DNA from: Solirubrobacterales bacterium
Lineage (GTDB): Bacteria; Actinomycetota; Thermoleophilia; Solirubrobacterales; 70-9
Assembly: GCA_049593795.1 (NCBI GenBank)
Contig: JBAWHK010000016.1
Coordinates: 1 to 62,761 of the forward strand
Length of the DNA stretch: 62,761 bases
Direction: 5' to 3'
The position numbers and the translations under genes are program-made. A model generated the notes under the pieces. That model was not told the origin of the DNA. It did no database searches and saw only the letters and a list, made by a program, of their open reading frames with translations. This document shows, in pieces, positions 43,102 to 52,670 of the stretch (its first letter is position 1; the number at the start of each line of letters is the position of its first letter).

Positions 43102-44013
43102 TTGAACCGCTCACTAAAGACCTTCGGGTCTGGTTTTCTCATGCTCTGTGCCATATTCACCTTTTCGGCTGTCGCAGCCGTCGTTTCACCGGCCTCGGCC
43201 AAGACGGGTGCGACCACCCTCAAGGTGAAGGTAGCCCCGAAAAAGGTGCGTCTCGGCAAGTCAGTCGCGATTCACGGCGTAAGTGGTGCCAGGGGCCGGC
43301 ACAAAGTCTCATTGCTCTTTCGTGGTGCCGGAACCTCATCGTGGAGCCGGGTCAAGAAGCTGACCACCGACCTGCGTGGTGCCTATGAAACCGATGTGAA
43401 GGCCCGAAAGAACGGGGCGTTCAAAGTCACCACCAGTGCCGGTGTGACTTCGCCAACAAGGAAAATCCGGGTACGCAGCAAACTGAAACTCGGCAGCGTC
43501 AACCGTTACGTGAAGCTCGGTGGCAAGCTCGGAATCCGTGGCGTTGTCAGGCCCGCTGGCGTGCGTCGCATCAAAGTGGTCGTCAACGGTGCCGGCAAGA
43601 CGATCCGGACCAAGACGAAGAAGCACGGCGGTTTTGCCGTGAAATGGGCACCGAAGACCTCCGGTTCGTACCGGGTCCGCGTGTTCAGTGCCAACAACAA
43701 GGTCGCGATCGGTGACGCCAGCCGCCGTGTCCGTGTATTCGGCCTGCGTCCCGGCCACGCTTCTTATTACGGCCCGGGCCTCTACGGCAACGGCGTTGCC
43801 TGTGGCGGGACCCTGACGCCGGGCACGATGGGTGTTGCCCACAAGACGTTGCCCTGCGGCACCAAAGTCACTATCCGTTACGAAGGCCGAACCGTGACCG
43901 TGCCGGTAATCGATCGCGGTCCGTACATCGCCGGTCGTGACTGGGATCTCACCGAAGCCACCCGGAATGCGCTCGGCTTCGGGGGAGTCGGCACCGTCTG
44001 GACCAACCGCTGA
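43102..44013 (+). CDS. Secreted RlpA-like (double-psi beta-barrel) cell-wall protein with two Ig-like repeats
   Basis: Has a signal peptide (FLMLCAIFTFSAVAAVVSPASA). The C-terminal DPBB reads ASYYGPGLYGNGVACGG..GVAHKTLPCGTKVTI..GRTVTVPVIDRGPY. Confidence 0.85.
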   Translation: MNRSLKTFGSGFLMLCAIFTFSAVAAVVSPASAKTGATTLKVKVAPKKVRLGKSVAIHGVSGARGRHKVSLLFRGAGTSSWSRVKKLTTDLRGAYETDVKARKNGAFKVTTSAGVTSPTRKIRVRSKLKLGSVNRYVKLGGKLGIRGVVRPAGVRRIKVVVNGAGKTIRTKTKKHGGFAVKWAPKTSGSYRVRVFSANNKVAIGDASRRVRVFGLRPGHASYYGPGLYGNGVACGGTLTPGTMGVAHKTLPCGTKVTIRYEGRTVTVPVIDRGPYIAGRDWDLTEATRNALGFGGVGTVWTNR

Positions 44014-44050
44014 TCTTTACCTGAGACAGCGTTTGCCTGCGGCAGCGGGA

Positions 44051-44080
44051 TCCGTCCGATTTCACGGACGGTTCCTTTTT
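44051..44080 (+). terminator. Rho-independent terminator after the rlpA-like gene
   Basis: Stem TCCGTCCG / CGGACGG with loop ATTTCA, followed by TTCCTTTTT. Confidence 0.6.
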
Positions 44081-44119
44081 CCAGGCACGGATTTCCCGAA
44101 CCGGGAAGTCCGTGCCTGG
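44081..44119. repeat. Long near-perfect hairpin (18-bp stem)
   Basis: CCAGGCACGGATTTCCCG pairs with CGGGAAGTCCGTGCCTGG, with a single G-U position and a 3-5 nt loop. Confidence 0.85.
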
Positions 44120-44184
44120 GCCAGTTTCGGCTTTCGGCACGGCCGCTGCCGGGCCGGCAGGTTGCGTTTCGGCATAATTGACCC

Positions 44185-44505
44185 ATGGCTTCTCCCGAAT
44201 CGAAAAACCTCGAGGCGATCTCGAAGGCAATCGACCACCACAACTCGAGTTGTGCCTACCCGGCCTCCGAAGTACGGATGAACCCGTTCGAAATCGAACG
44301 GCTTGGCTGGGAGGAAATTCGCGGCCTGCCGATAGTCGGAGACGCCGACCTCGGAACGGGACGCTTCCGGATCATCTGTTCTGGCGATACGAACGATGAG
44401 ACGCTTGAAGAAACCGAAGCGATCGGTGAAGACCTGGTCACTGTCGGGCCGGCGCCGACGCCCTCACCGGGCCAGCCTGCAGAAGCGCCACCGCACTTCA
44501 ACTGA
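44185..44505 (+). CDS. Hypothetical 106-aa acidic protein
   Basis: ATG-initiated ORF with reasonable codon usage (NPFEIERLGWEEIRGLPIVGD...). I recognised no family. Confidence 0.5.
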   Translation: MASPESKNLEAISKAIDHHNSSCAYPASEVRMNPFEIERLGWEEIRGLPIVGDADLGTGRFRIICSGDTNDETLEETEAIGEDLVTVGPAPTPSPGQPAEAPPHFN

Positions 44506-44509
44506 ACCG

Positions 44510-44558
44510 GCATCGCTCCTCCTTAACTGCGAATAGCGAAGTCAACAAGGAGCATCGC
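44510..44558. repeat. REP-like hairpin, family B
   Basis: GCATCGCTCCTCCTTAACTGCGAATAGCGAAGTCAACAAGGAGCATCGC. Confidence 0.8.
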
Positions 44559-44598
44559 TGTCTTGGGCGGCTGCAGCCTCAGCCGATGACATTGTTGC

Positions 44599-44640
44599 GG
44601 GTCGGTTTTGCGGGCAATGCTGCGGCAAAGTCGACCCGGA
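44599..44640. repeat. REP-like 42-nt element, family A, copy 3
   Basis: GGGTCGGTTTTGCGGGCAATGCTGCGGCAAAGTCGACCCGGA. The 3' 19 nt are identical to copy 2. Confidence 0.85.
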
Positions 44641-44657
44641 CCTTTGCTGGGTGGTTC

Positions 44658-45416
44658 TCAGGCGTTGGTCAGGAAATCGATTCCGGAGTTGTTCATCCAG
44701 TTCTGGGCTTCGATGTTCAGCCGGGTGAACTCGCCGGTGAGGATCAGGATCCCCATGGCGATGAGAATGAAGCCGCCGACGGCGATAATCACGCTGTAAT
44801 GCCGCTTGACCACGGCGAATGCGGTAGTCATGCGATTGAAGGCAACCGCGGTCAGCAGGAACGGGATTGCGAGCCCGGCCGAATAGACAGCCAGCAGGAA
44901 AGCGCCTTTAGCCGCCGAGTCGGAAAGTGAGGCGGCGGACAGGATCGCCCCGAGGGTAGGCCCGATGCATGGCGTCCAGGCGATCGCGAATGCCGCCCCG
45001 GCGACGATCGGGCCACCTTTGCCGGCTTTCTCCATCAGCGCGTCGAAATGCCACTCCCGGTTCAGCTTCATGAAGAAGAACTGCGAAACGAAAAGCACAC
45101 CCATCGCAATTATCAGGACACCGGAAATCGTTTCCAGCAGATCCCGGTGATCGTTGAGCAACGAACCAAGCTTGGTTGCCGTAAGGCCCATCAAGATGAA
45201 GATCGTCGAGAAGCTCGCACAGAAAATGAGGCTCGGAACCAGAACCCGGCGCCAGCCGGCATCCTCGAGCTTGTCAGGAGAGATGCCAGAAACCGCCGAA
45301 AGGTAGCCCGGCACCAAAGGCAGGACACAGGGCGAAAGGAAAGACACCATGCCCGCTATGAGGGCGGCAAGAAGTCCCACGCCGGCGGCGGGATCGGTGG
45401 TGGCCAGAAGGAACAT
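44658..45416 (-). CDS. ccdA: Cytochrome c biogenesis / thiol-disulfide transfer protein CcdA (DsbD family)
   Basis: 252 aa, polytopic, with FLSPCVLPLVPGYL and WTPCIGPTLGAIL motifs. Confidence 0.88.
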   Translation of the reverse strand: MFLLATTDPAAGVGLLAALIAGMVSFLSPCVLPLVPGYLSAVSGISPDKLEDAGWRRVLVPSLIFCASFSTIFILMGLTATKLGSLLNDHRDLLETISGVLIIAMGVLFVSQFFFMKLNREWHFDALMEKAGKGGPIVAGAAFAIAWTPCIGPTLGAILSAASLSDSAAKGAFLLAVYSAGLAIPFLLTAVAFNRMTTAFAVVKRHYSVIIAVGGFILIAMGILILTGEFTRLNIEAQNWMNNSGIDFLTNA

Positions 45417-45496
45417 GGAACACAGAGCGTATTGAAGGACGTAGCTGGACCAGCCCTATGATTGGCAGGCAGGCGTTACCTACGGAGGAGAAACTT

Positions 45497-46339
45497 GTGA
45501 GTGCTCAGGCGAATTCGCTGAACGGAAAGATCGTTGCGATCACCGGTGGTGCCGGAGGCATCGGAATGGCGACATCGAAAGCACTGGCCAGGTCAGGAGC
45601 GAAAGTCTCGATCGGGGACCTGAACCATGCTGCAGCCGAAGAAGCCGCCGGGCAACTCGGGGACGGGCACCTGGGCGGTCGTGTGGACGTCACCGATGCC
45701 GAATCATTCGAAGCCTGGATCGAGCGCACCGAAGCCGAAATGGGCCCGGTCGACGTGTTGATCAACAACGCCGGAGTGATGATCCTCAACGCATTCGAGG
45801 ACGAACCGGACGAAGTTGCCGCCCTGACGATCTCGGTCAACCTGACCGGCGTTATCAACGGCTGCAAAATCGCGATGCGCCGGATGAAGCCCCGCCGACA
45901 GGGGAGGATCGTGAACATCGCCTCGCAGGCAGGCAAGGCAGGCTTTCCGGGAGGCGCGACCTATTGCGCGACCAAATTCGCCGTGGTTGGCCTGAGCGAT
46001 GCGATCAGGAACGAATTGCACGGCACCGGTGTCGGCGTGACCACAGTCATGCCCGGGGCCGTCGAAACGGAACTCGGTGCCGGGCTGGGCAAAGCCCGCG
46101 GAGTGGATCTGCTCAAACCTGAAGAGGTCGCTGAAGCAATCGTCCGCGCGATCACCAAGGGGGAGAGCGAGGTATTCCTGCCGCGATACACCCCGCTCAT
46201 CACCAAGCCGATATCCCTGCTGCCAGCCGCGGGACGTGATTTTGTGCTGCGGGCAATGAACGCCGACAAGGTGCTCACCGATGTCGACGAACAGCGCCGG
46301 GCTGATTATGAGAAGAGAGCCGGGACCGCCGATGTTTAA
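45497..46339 (+). CDS. SDR-family oxidoreductase
   Basis: Has TGGAGGIG, NNAG and YCATKFAVVG (YxxxK) motifs. GTG 45497, 6 nt after GGAGGAG, is preferred over ATG 45458. Confidence 0.88.
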   Translation: MSAQANSLNGKIVAITGGAGGIGMATSKALARSGAKVSIGDLNHAAAEEAAGQLGDGHLGGRVDVTDAESFEAWIERTEAEMGPVDVLINNAGVMILNAFEDEPDEVAALTISVNLTGVINGCKIAMRRMKPRRQGRIVNIASQAGKAGFPGGATYCATKFAVVGLSDAIRNELHGTGVGVTTVMPGAVETELGAGLGKARGVDLLKPEEVAEAIVRAITKGESEVFLPRYTPLITKPISLLPAAGRDFVLRAMNADKVLTDVDEQRRADYEKRAGTADV

Positions 46340-46472
46340 CCAACGGGACATGTAGGCAAAAGGAACCTTCGGTATCCTTTCCGAGTGGACTGGCTCAGGC
46401 CCGTAGGTGGGTTGGACCGTTAAATCCACCGCAATCCGACCATCGATAAGCCCGCGCCGGCGCTGAAAGCGC

Positions 46473-49400
46473 GTGAAAATGACTGAATTCGTTCCGTCGT
46501 CCCCGTCCTCAGACGGTCTGTACGACCCCACATTTGAACATGATGCCTGCGGTGTCGCGATGGTTGCGCGACTCGATAATGAGGCGAGCCACGATGTCGT
46601 CTCGAAGGGACTGCTCGCGCTCGAGAACCTCGAGCACCGCGGCGCGGCCGGAGCTGACGCCAGCACCGGCGACGGAGCCGGGATCCTGCTGCAGATCCCC
46701 GATGCTTTCTTCCAGGAAGAGGCGGGAATCCCGTTGCCTGCCGCCGGTAGCTACGGGGTCGCGATGTGCTTCCTTCCGCAGGACGAAACTCGCAAGGAAG
46801 AACTCAAGGCACTGATTTCCAGTGTGGTTGAAGAAGAAGGACAGACAGTTCTCGGCTGGCGCGACGTACCGGTGGATACCGGGCATGTCGGCGACTCCGC
46901 CAACCTGAGCCGTCCGGATGTGTCCCAGCTTTTCGTTGGTGCCTCCGATGAACTTGCCGGAGACCAGGACGCCTTCGAACGCAAGCTTTACGTGATCCGC
47001 CGGGTTTGCGAAAAGAAGGTCGGCGAGGAGCTCTACATCGCTTCGCTTTCTTCCCGGACAATCGTCTACAAGGGCATGCTCACCAGCTATCAGGTGCCCG
47101 GTTTTTACCCTGAACTTCGTGACGAACGGGTCCGGTCGGCCATGGCTCTCGTCCATTCACGTTTCTCCACCAACACTTTTCCCAGCTGGGCACTCGCGCA
47201 TCCGTTCCGCCTGATCGCACACAACGGTGAGATCAACACCCTGCGCGGCAACATCAACTGGATGCGGGCCCGTGAATCGCAGCTCACCTCCGAACTGTTT
47301 GGCGACGATCTCGACAAGATCACGCCGGTGGTCAGGCCGGACGGCTCGGATTCGGCGACTTTCGACAATGTGCTCGAACTGCTGATGCTTTCCGGACGTT
47401 CACTGCCGCATGCGGCGATGATGATGATCCCCGAGGCCTACCGGAACCGGCAGGACCTTTCCGAGGAACTCAAAGGCTTTTACGCCTATCAGGCCTGTCT
47501 CATGGAACCCTGGGACGGCCCCGCCGCCGTCTGCTTCACCGACGGCCGGGTAATCGGAGCAACGCTCGACCGCAACGGGCTGCGCCCGGGACGCTGGGTC
47601 GAAACCAAGGACGGCATGGTCGTTCTCGGCTCCGAAATCGGCCTGTTGGACATCGAACCCGAGAACATCAAACGTCTCGGCCGACTTCAGCCCGGCAAGC
47701 TTTTCCTGGTCGATCTCGAGAAGCACCGGATCATCGACGACGAAGAAGTCAAGCACGAAATCGCCAGTGCCAAGCCATATGCCGAATGGTTCGACCGGTC
47801 ATCGGTCCATTTCGATGACCTGCCAACCGCCTACGTGACGATGACCGGGGTCCAGCCGACCCCGCGCAGGCAACTCGCATTCGGATACACCCAGGAGGAT
47901 CTGCGGGTGCTGATTGCGCCGATGGCCGCAACTGGCGCCGAACCGACCGGTTCGATGGGTAACGACACCGCCCTGCCAGTGCTCTCGGATAACCGTCCTC
48001 CGCTCTACAACTACTTCAAGCAGCTTTTTGCGCAGGTCACGAACCCGCCGGTAGACCCCATTCGCGAAGAGGTAGTGATGAGCCTCGCGGTGGGGGTTGG
48101 CAGCGAACTCAACCTGCTGTCCGAAACCGAGCAGCACGCCCACCAGCTTTGCCTGGACCAGCCGATCCTGATGAATCAGGAACTCGAAACGATCCGCCAC
48201 GTCAACCACGACATCTTCCAGGCGGACACGATCGACATCACCTGGGATGTCGCGGAAGGTCCGGAAGGACTGGCCGCCCGGATGCAGGCTGTATGCGAAG
48301 AAGCTGAAGAAGCGATCGAGCGTGGCTTCAACATCATCATTCTCTCCGACCGCCGTTCCGGCCCGCGCCGGGTCCCGATTCCAGCCCTGCTGGCCGTCGG
48401 TGGCGTTCATCATCACCTGGTCAAGGCGGGAACCCGCCTGCGCGCCGGTCTGGTCCTTGAATCCGGGGAACCGCGCGAAGTTCACCACATGGCAACCCTG
48501 ATCGGTTACGGATGCAGCGCAATCAATCCGTACCTGATGCTCGACTCGGTCGATGACCTCGTGGTCGAAGGCCGTGTTCCCGACATGGATTCGCCTGACA
48601 AGGCGCAGCGGAACGTGGTCAAAGCAATCGGCAAGGGACTGCTGAAAACAATTTCCAAGATGGGCATTTCGACGATCCAGTCCTATTGCGGAGCCCAGAT
48701 CTTTGAAGCGGTGGGACTCGACCACGAACTGGTCGACAAATATTTCACGGGCACTTCATCCCGGATCGGCGGCATTGGCCTCGAAGTAATCGCGAAAGAG
48801 ACGATGGATCGTCACGCTTCGGCATTCCCCGGCAGTCACGAGGACCTGCTGCCGGTCGGCGGCGTTTACGCCTGGCGCCGTGACGGTGAATTCCACCAGT
48901 GGAACCCTGAAACCATCGCCCTGGTCCAGCATGCCGTGCGGGGAACCGGTGGCGATGCCCAGGAGAAATACGACGAGTTTGCCGAGCAGGTAAATGAGAC
49001 CGCGGTGAAGCGGGCAACCCTGCGCGGTCTTTTCAAACTGAAGGAATCTGACAACCCGATTCCGCTCGACGAAGTTGAACCGGCGTCGGAGATCGTCAAA
49101 CGTTTCGCAACCGGCGCGATGTCGCTTGGCTCGATTTCAAGGGAATCCCACGAAAACCTGGCGATCGGAATGAACCGTCTCGGCGGTAAATCGAATACCG
49201 GTGAGGGCGGGGAAGACCCGGTTCGTTTCGAACGCGATGCGAACGGCGACCTGCGCCGGTCCGCGATCAAACAGGTGGCGTCCGGCCGTTTCGGAGTGAC
49301 CATCCATTACCTGTCGAACGCCGACCAGCTTCAGATCAAGATGGCTCAGGGCGCGAAGCCCGGTGAGGGCGGTCAGTTGCCCGGACACAAAGTCGATCAG

Positions 49401-51038
49401 TACATCGGATCGGTCCGGCATACAACCCCGGGCGTGACCCTGATTTCACCGCCGCCGCACCACGACATCTACTCGATCGAAGACCTGAAACAGCTGATCT
49501 ACGACCTGCGCTGCGCGAACCCGAAAGCATCGGTTTCGGTCAAGCTCGTGTCCGAAGTCGGGGTCGGCACCGTTGCCGCAGGCGTCGCCAAAGCCAATGC
49601 CGATCACGTTCTGATCGCCGGCCATGACGGAGGAACCGGCGCTTCGCCGCTTTCGTCAATCCAGTCAGCCGGCATGCCCTGGGAAATCGGACTCGCGGAA
49701 ACCCAGCAGACGCTGATCAAGAACGACCTGCGTTCCCGGATCAGGGTCCAGACCGACGGCCAGCTCAAAACAGGTCGCGACGTGGTGATCGCGGCCCTGC
49801 TGGGAGCCGACGAGTATGGATTTTCGACCGCGCCACTGATCGCTACCGGCTGCATAATGATGCGGGCCTGTCACCTGAATACCTGTCCGGTCGGCATCGC
49901 TACCCAGGATCCAGAACTGCGCAAGCGGTTCAAGGGCCAGCCCGAGCACGTGGTGAACTACTTCTTCTTCGTCGCCGAAGAAGCACGCAAAGTCATGGCT
50001 TCGCTTGGGGTCGCCAAGCTTGATGACCTGATTGGACGGGTCGAACTGCTGTCCGCCGATGATGCGGTCGATCACTGGAAGGCCAGAGGAATCGATCTGT
50101 CGAACATCCTCGCTTACCCCAGCGACGTGCCGGATGATGCCCCGCGTCGCCAGATGGTGGATCAGGAATCACCGCTCGACGACAACCTTGACTGGAAACT
50201 GATCGATGCCGCCCGGGAAGCGATCGACAGCGGCACCCCGGTCGAATTTGACACCGATGTGCGTAACGTCGACCGCTGCGTGGGAGGCATCCTCTCGAAC
50301 GCGATTGCCACCAGGCACGGCGCGGACGGACTTGCCGATGACACCATCAAGGTGAACATGCGCGGCGCTGCCGGACAGTCATTCGGTGGCTGGCTGGCCC
50401 CGGGGGTCAGTTTCTCCCTGCGCGGCGAAGTCAACGATTACGTTGGCAAAGGCCTTTCCGGCGGCACGATCGCCGTTGCTCCCCCTGAGGGGATCTCCTA
50501 CGTTCCGGAAGACAACGTGATTGTCGGTAACACCGCGCTCTACGGTGCTACCCGTGGCCGTGCGTTCTTCCGCGGTATCGGTGGCGAAAGGTTCGCTGTC
50601 CGTAACTCCGGGGCAGTGGCGGTAATCGAAGGCGTCGGCGACCACGGGTGTGAATACATGACCGGTGGAGAAGTCGTGGTGCTCGGAAAGACCGGACGTA
50701 ACTTCGCGGCGGGCATGAGCGGCGGTATCGCTTACGTCCTTGATGAAGATGGTGATTTCAGCACCAAGGTGAACCCGACGATGACCAACCAGATCGAAGA
50801 ACTCGACGAAGCCGATCTGCTTGGTTTGCGCAACCTCGTTTCGGAACATCTGGACCGCACCGGATCGGCAGTGGCGAAACGCCTGCTCGATGACTGGCCG
50901 CAGAACTCGCGGAAGTTCGTGAAGGTGTTCCCGGCCGACTACAAACGGGTTCTGGCTGAACTTGAAGAATCGAAGATGGATCCGGTGGAAGTCATCGGTG
51001 AACCCCAAGTGGTTACCACCGCAGAGAAGGACGCATAA
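46473..51038 (+). CDS. gltB: Glutamate synthase large subunit
   Basis: 1521 aa. Carries the Ntn amidotransferase Cys (HDACGVAMVA) and the FMN and GXGXG domains. Confidence 0.97.
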   Translation: MKMTEFVPSSPSSDGLYDPTFEHDACGVAMVARLDNEASHDVVSKGLLALENLEHRGAAGADASTGDGAGILLQIPDAFFQEEAGIPLPAAGSYGVAMCFLPQDETRKEELKALISSVVEEEGQTVLGWRDVPVDTGHVGDSANLSRPDVSQLFVGASDELAGDQDAFERKLYVIRRVCEKKVGEELYIASLSSRTIVYKGMLTSYQVPGFYPELRDERVRSAMALVHSRFSTNTFPSWALAHPFRLIAHNGEINTLRGNINWMRARESQLTSELFGDDLDKITPVVRPDGSDSATFDNVLELLMLSGRSLPHAAMMMIPEAYRNRQDLSEELKGFYAYQACLMEPWDGPAAVCFTDGRVIGATLDRNGLRPGRWVETKDGMVVLGSEIGLLDIEPENIKRLGRLQPGKLFLVDLEKHRIIDDEEVKHEIASAKPYAEWFDRSSVHFDDLPTAYVTMTGVQPTPRRQLAFGYTQEDLRVLIAPMAATGAEPTGSMGNDTALPVLSDNRPPLYNYFKQLFAQVTNPPVDPIREEVVMSLAVGVGSELNLLSETEQHAHQLCLDQPILMNQELETIRHVNHDIFQADTIDITWDVAEGPEGLAARMQAVCEEAEEAIERGFNIIILSDRRSGPRRVPIPALLAVGGVHHHLVKAGTRLRAGLVLESGEPREVHHMATLIGYGCSAINPYLMLDSVDDLVVEGRVPDMDSPDKAQRNVVKAIGKGLLKTISKMGISTIQSYCGAQIFEAVGLDHELVDKYFTGTSSRIGGIGLEVIAKETMDRHASAFPGSHEDLLPVGGVYAWRRDGEFHQWNPETIALVQHAVRGTGGDAQEKYDEFAEQVNETAVKRATLRGLFKLKESDNPIPLDEVEPASEIVKRFATGAMSLGSISRESHENLAIGMNRLGGKSNTGEGGEDPVRFERDANGDLRRSAIKQVASGRFGVTIHYLSNADQLQIKMAQGAKPGEGGQLPGHKVDQYIGSVRHTTPGVTLISPPPHHDIYSIEDLKQLIYDLRCANPKASVSVKLVSEVGVGTVAAGVAKANADHVLIAGHDGGTGASPLSSIQSAGMPWEIGLAETQQTLIKNDLRSRIRVQTDGQLKTGRDVVIAALLGADEYGFSTAPLIATGCIMMRACHLNTCPVGIATQDPELRKRFKGQPEHVVNYFFFVAEEARKVMASLGVAKLDDLIGRVELLSADDAVDHWKARGIDLSNILAYPSDVPDDAPRRQMVDQESPLDDNLDWKLIDAAREAIDSGTPVEFDTDVRNVDRCVGGILSNAIATRHGADGLADDTIKVNMRGAAGQSFGGWLAPGVSFSLRGEVNDYVGKGLSGGTIAVAPPEGISYVPEDNVIVGNTALYGATRGRAFFRGIGGERFAVRNSGAVAVIEGVGDHGCEYMTGGEVVVLGKTGRNFAAGMSGGIAYVLDEDGDFSTKVNPTMTNQIEELDEADLLGLRNLVSEHLDRTGSAVAKRLLDDWPQNSRKFVKVFPADYKRVLAELEESKMDPVEVIGEPQVVTTAEKDA

Positions 51039-52610
51039 ATGGGCAAGCTAGGCGGATTTCTCCAGATCGAACGTTCCGGCATCCCATACCGTGATCCCAA
51101 GGAACGGATCGACGACTACAGCGAGTTCGTGGTTGAACGCAGCGAAGAGGAACTCTCCGAGCAGGGCGCACGCTGCATGGATTGCGGGGTGCCTTTCTGC
51201 CACAACGGCTGTCCCGTCGGCAACCTGATCCCTGACTGGAACGACCTCGTTTACAACGGACGTTGGCAGGACGCCAGTCGGCAGCTTCACGCGACCAACA
51301 ACTTTCCCGAGTTCACCGGACGACTGTGCCCGGCGCCTTGCGAGGCCGCCTGTGTGCTCGAAATCCGGGAGAACCAGGCAGTCACGATCAAGCAGATCGA
51401 ACAGACGATTGTCGATCGAGCCTGGAAAGAGGGCTGGATCAGGCCGAAGCCACCGAAACGCGAAAGTGGCCATACCGTGGCCGTTGTTGGATCGGGGCCG
51501 GCCGGGATGGCTGCCGCGCAGCAGCTTCGAAGGAATGGTCACACGGTCACCCTTTACGAACGTGACGAAGCGGCCGGGGGACTTGTCCGTTTCGGAGTGC
51601 CAGATTTCAAGATCGAGAAAACGGTTGTTGAGCGCCGGGTCCAGCAGTTGATCCACGAAGGTGTAACCGTGCGTTGTGGAGTTGACGTAGGGGTCGACAT
51701 CACCGTTGAGGAACTCAACGAGAAGTACGACGCGGTGGTGCTCGCCACGGGATCCCGCGTACCGAGGGACCTGCCGGTTCCCGGCCGTGAACTTGAAGGC
51801 GTCCATTTCGCAATGGATTACCTCTACATCCGGAATCGCTGGCTTGCTTCCGAAGTGGGCCCGAAGCCGCTTGCCGCACCGCCCGAACCGGGAACGATTT
51901 CGGCCAAGGGCAAGAACGTGGTGGTGATTGGCGGTGGTGACACTGGTGCCGACTGTGTCGGACATTCGATCCGCGAGGGCGCTCTCGAAGTGGTTCAGCT
52001 CGAACTTCTGCCTGAACCGTCCGAACAGCGTCCGGATTCAACCACTCCGTGGCCGCTCTGGCCCCAGAAGTTCCGTCTTTCCTACGCCATGGAGGAAGCG
52101 CTGGCCGTGGAGAAGGGTGAACAGGACTTCTCGGTCACCACTACCCACATAAGCGGCGAGAACGGCAAGGTTACGACGCTGCATGCCGCCCGGGCCGAAG
52201 ACGCACCTCCATTTGGACCGGTCGAAGGCACCGGGTTCGAAATCAAGGCCGATCTGATCCTGCTGGCGATGGGCTTCCTCCATCCGGAACCCGAACTGCT
52301 TGACGGAATCGGTGTCGACAAGGATGGTCGCGGCAACATCAAGGCCGGGACCTATGAAACTTCCGTACCTGGCGTTTTCGCTGCTGGTGATGCGCGGCGT
52401 GGACAGTCGCTGATCGTCTGGGCGATCAACGAAGGACGGCAGTGCGCCCGCATGGTTGACCGTTATCTGGGCACTGTGCCCCTCCACCGGAACATCCACA
52501 CGGGGAACGTCGAGGCCGCTGACAGCGGTCCCGAAGGTCCGCCGAACCATGTTTCACCAGGCATGGGCCCGGATCCGGGCGTTTCCGCCGGCCGCGCCCT
52601 GGAGACCTGA
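51039..52610 (+). CDS. gltD: Glutamate synthase small subunit (NAD(P)H-dependent)
   Basis: 523 aa with [10 protein letters not shown] and [14 protein letters not shown] motifs. Starts 1 nt after the gltB stop. It has a Pro/Gly-rich C-terminal extension of about 40 aa. Confidence 0.95.
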   Translation: MGKLGGFLQIERSGIPYRDPKERIDDYSEFVVERSEEELSEQGARCMDCGVPFCHNGCPVGNLIPDWNDLVYNGRWQDASRQLHATNNFPEFTGRLCPAPCEAACVLEIRENQAVTIKQIEQTIVDRAWKEGWIRPKPPKRESGHTVAVVGSGPAGMAAAQQLRRNGHTVTLYERDEAAGGLVRFGVPDFKIEKTVVERRVQQLIHEGVTVRCGVDVGVDITVEELNEKYDAVVLATGSRVPRDLPVPGRELEGVHFAMDYLYIRNRWLASEVGPKPLAAPPEPGTISAKGKNVVVIGGGDTGADCVGHSIREGALEVVQLELLPEPSEQRPDSTTPWPLWPQKFRLSYAMEEALAVEKGEQDFSVTTTHISGENGKVTTLHAARAEDAPPFGPVEGTGFEIKADLILLAMGFLHPEPELLDGIGVDKDGRGNIKAGTYETSVPGVFAAGDARRGQSLIVWAINEGRQCARMVDRYLGTVPLHRNIHTGNVEAADSGPEGPPNHVSPGMGPDPGVSAGRALET

Positions 52611-52670
52611 GCCGCTTTCAGATTGGCGGTGGGCCGGCTGACCGTCGGTCTTGCCGGCAGCTGTTTGCGT

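Noticed and set aside
46340-46472. GlnR-type operator (GTnAC-n6-GaAAC) upstream of gltB, and a small hairpin AAAGGAACC-TTCG-GGTATCCTTT.
   Set aside because: The best candidate (GTAGGCAAAAGGAACC) has several mismatches to the consensus as I remember it and no second half-site pair. The hairpin is short and may just terminate the SDR gene.
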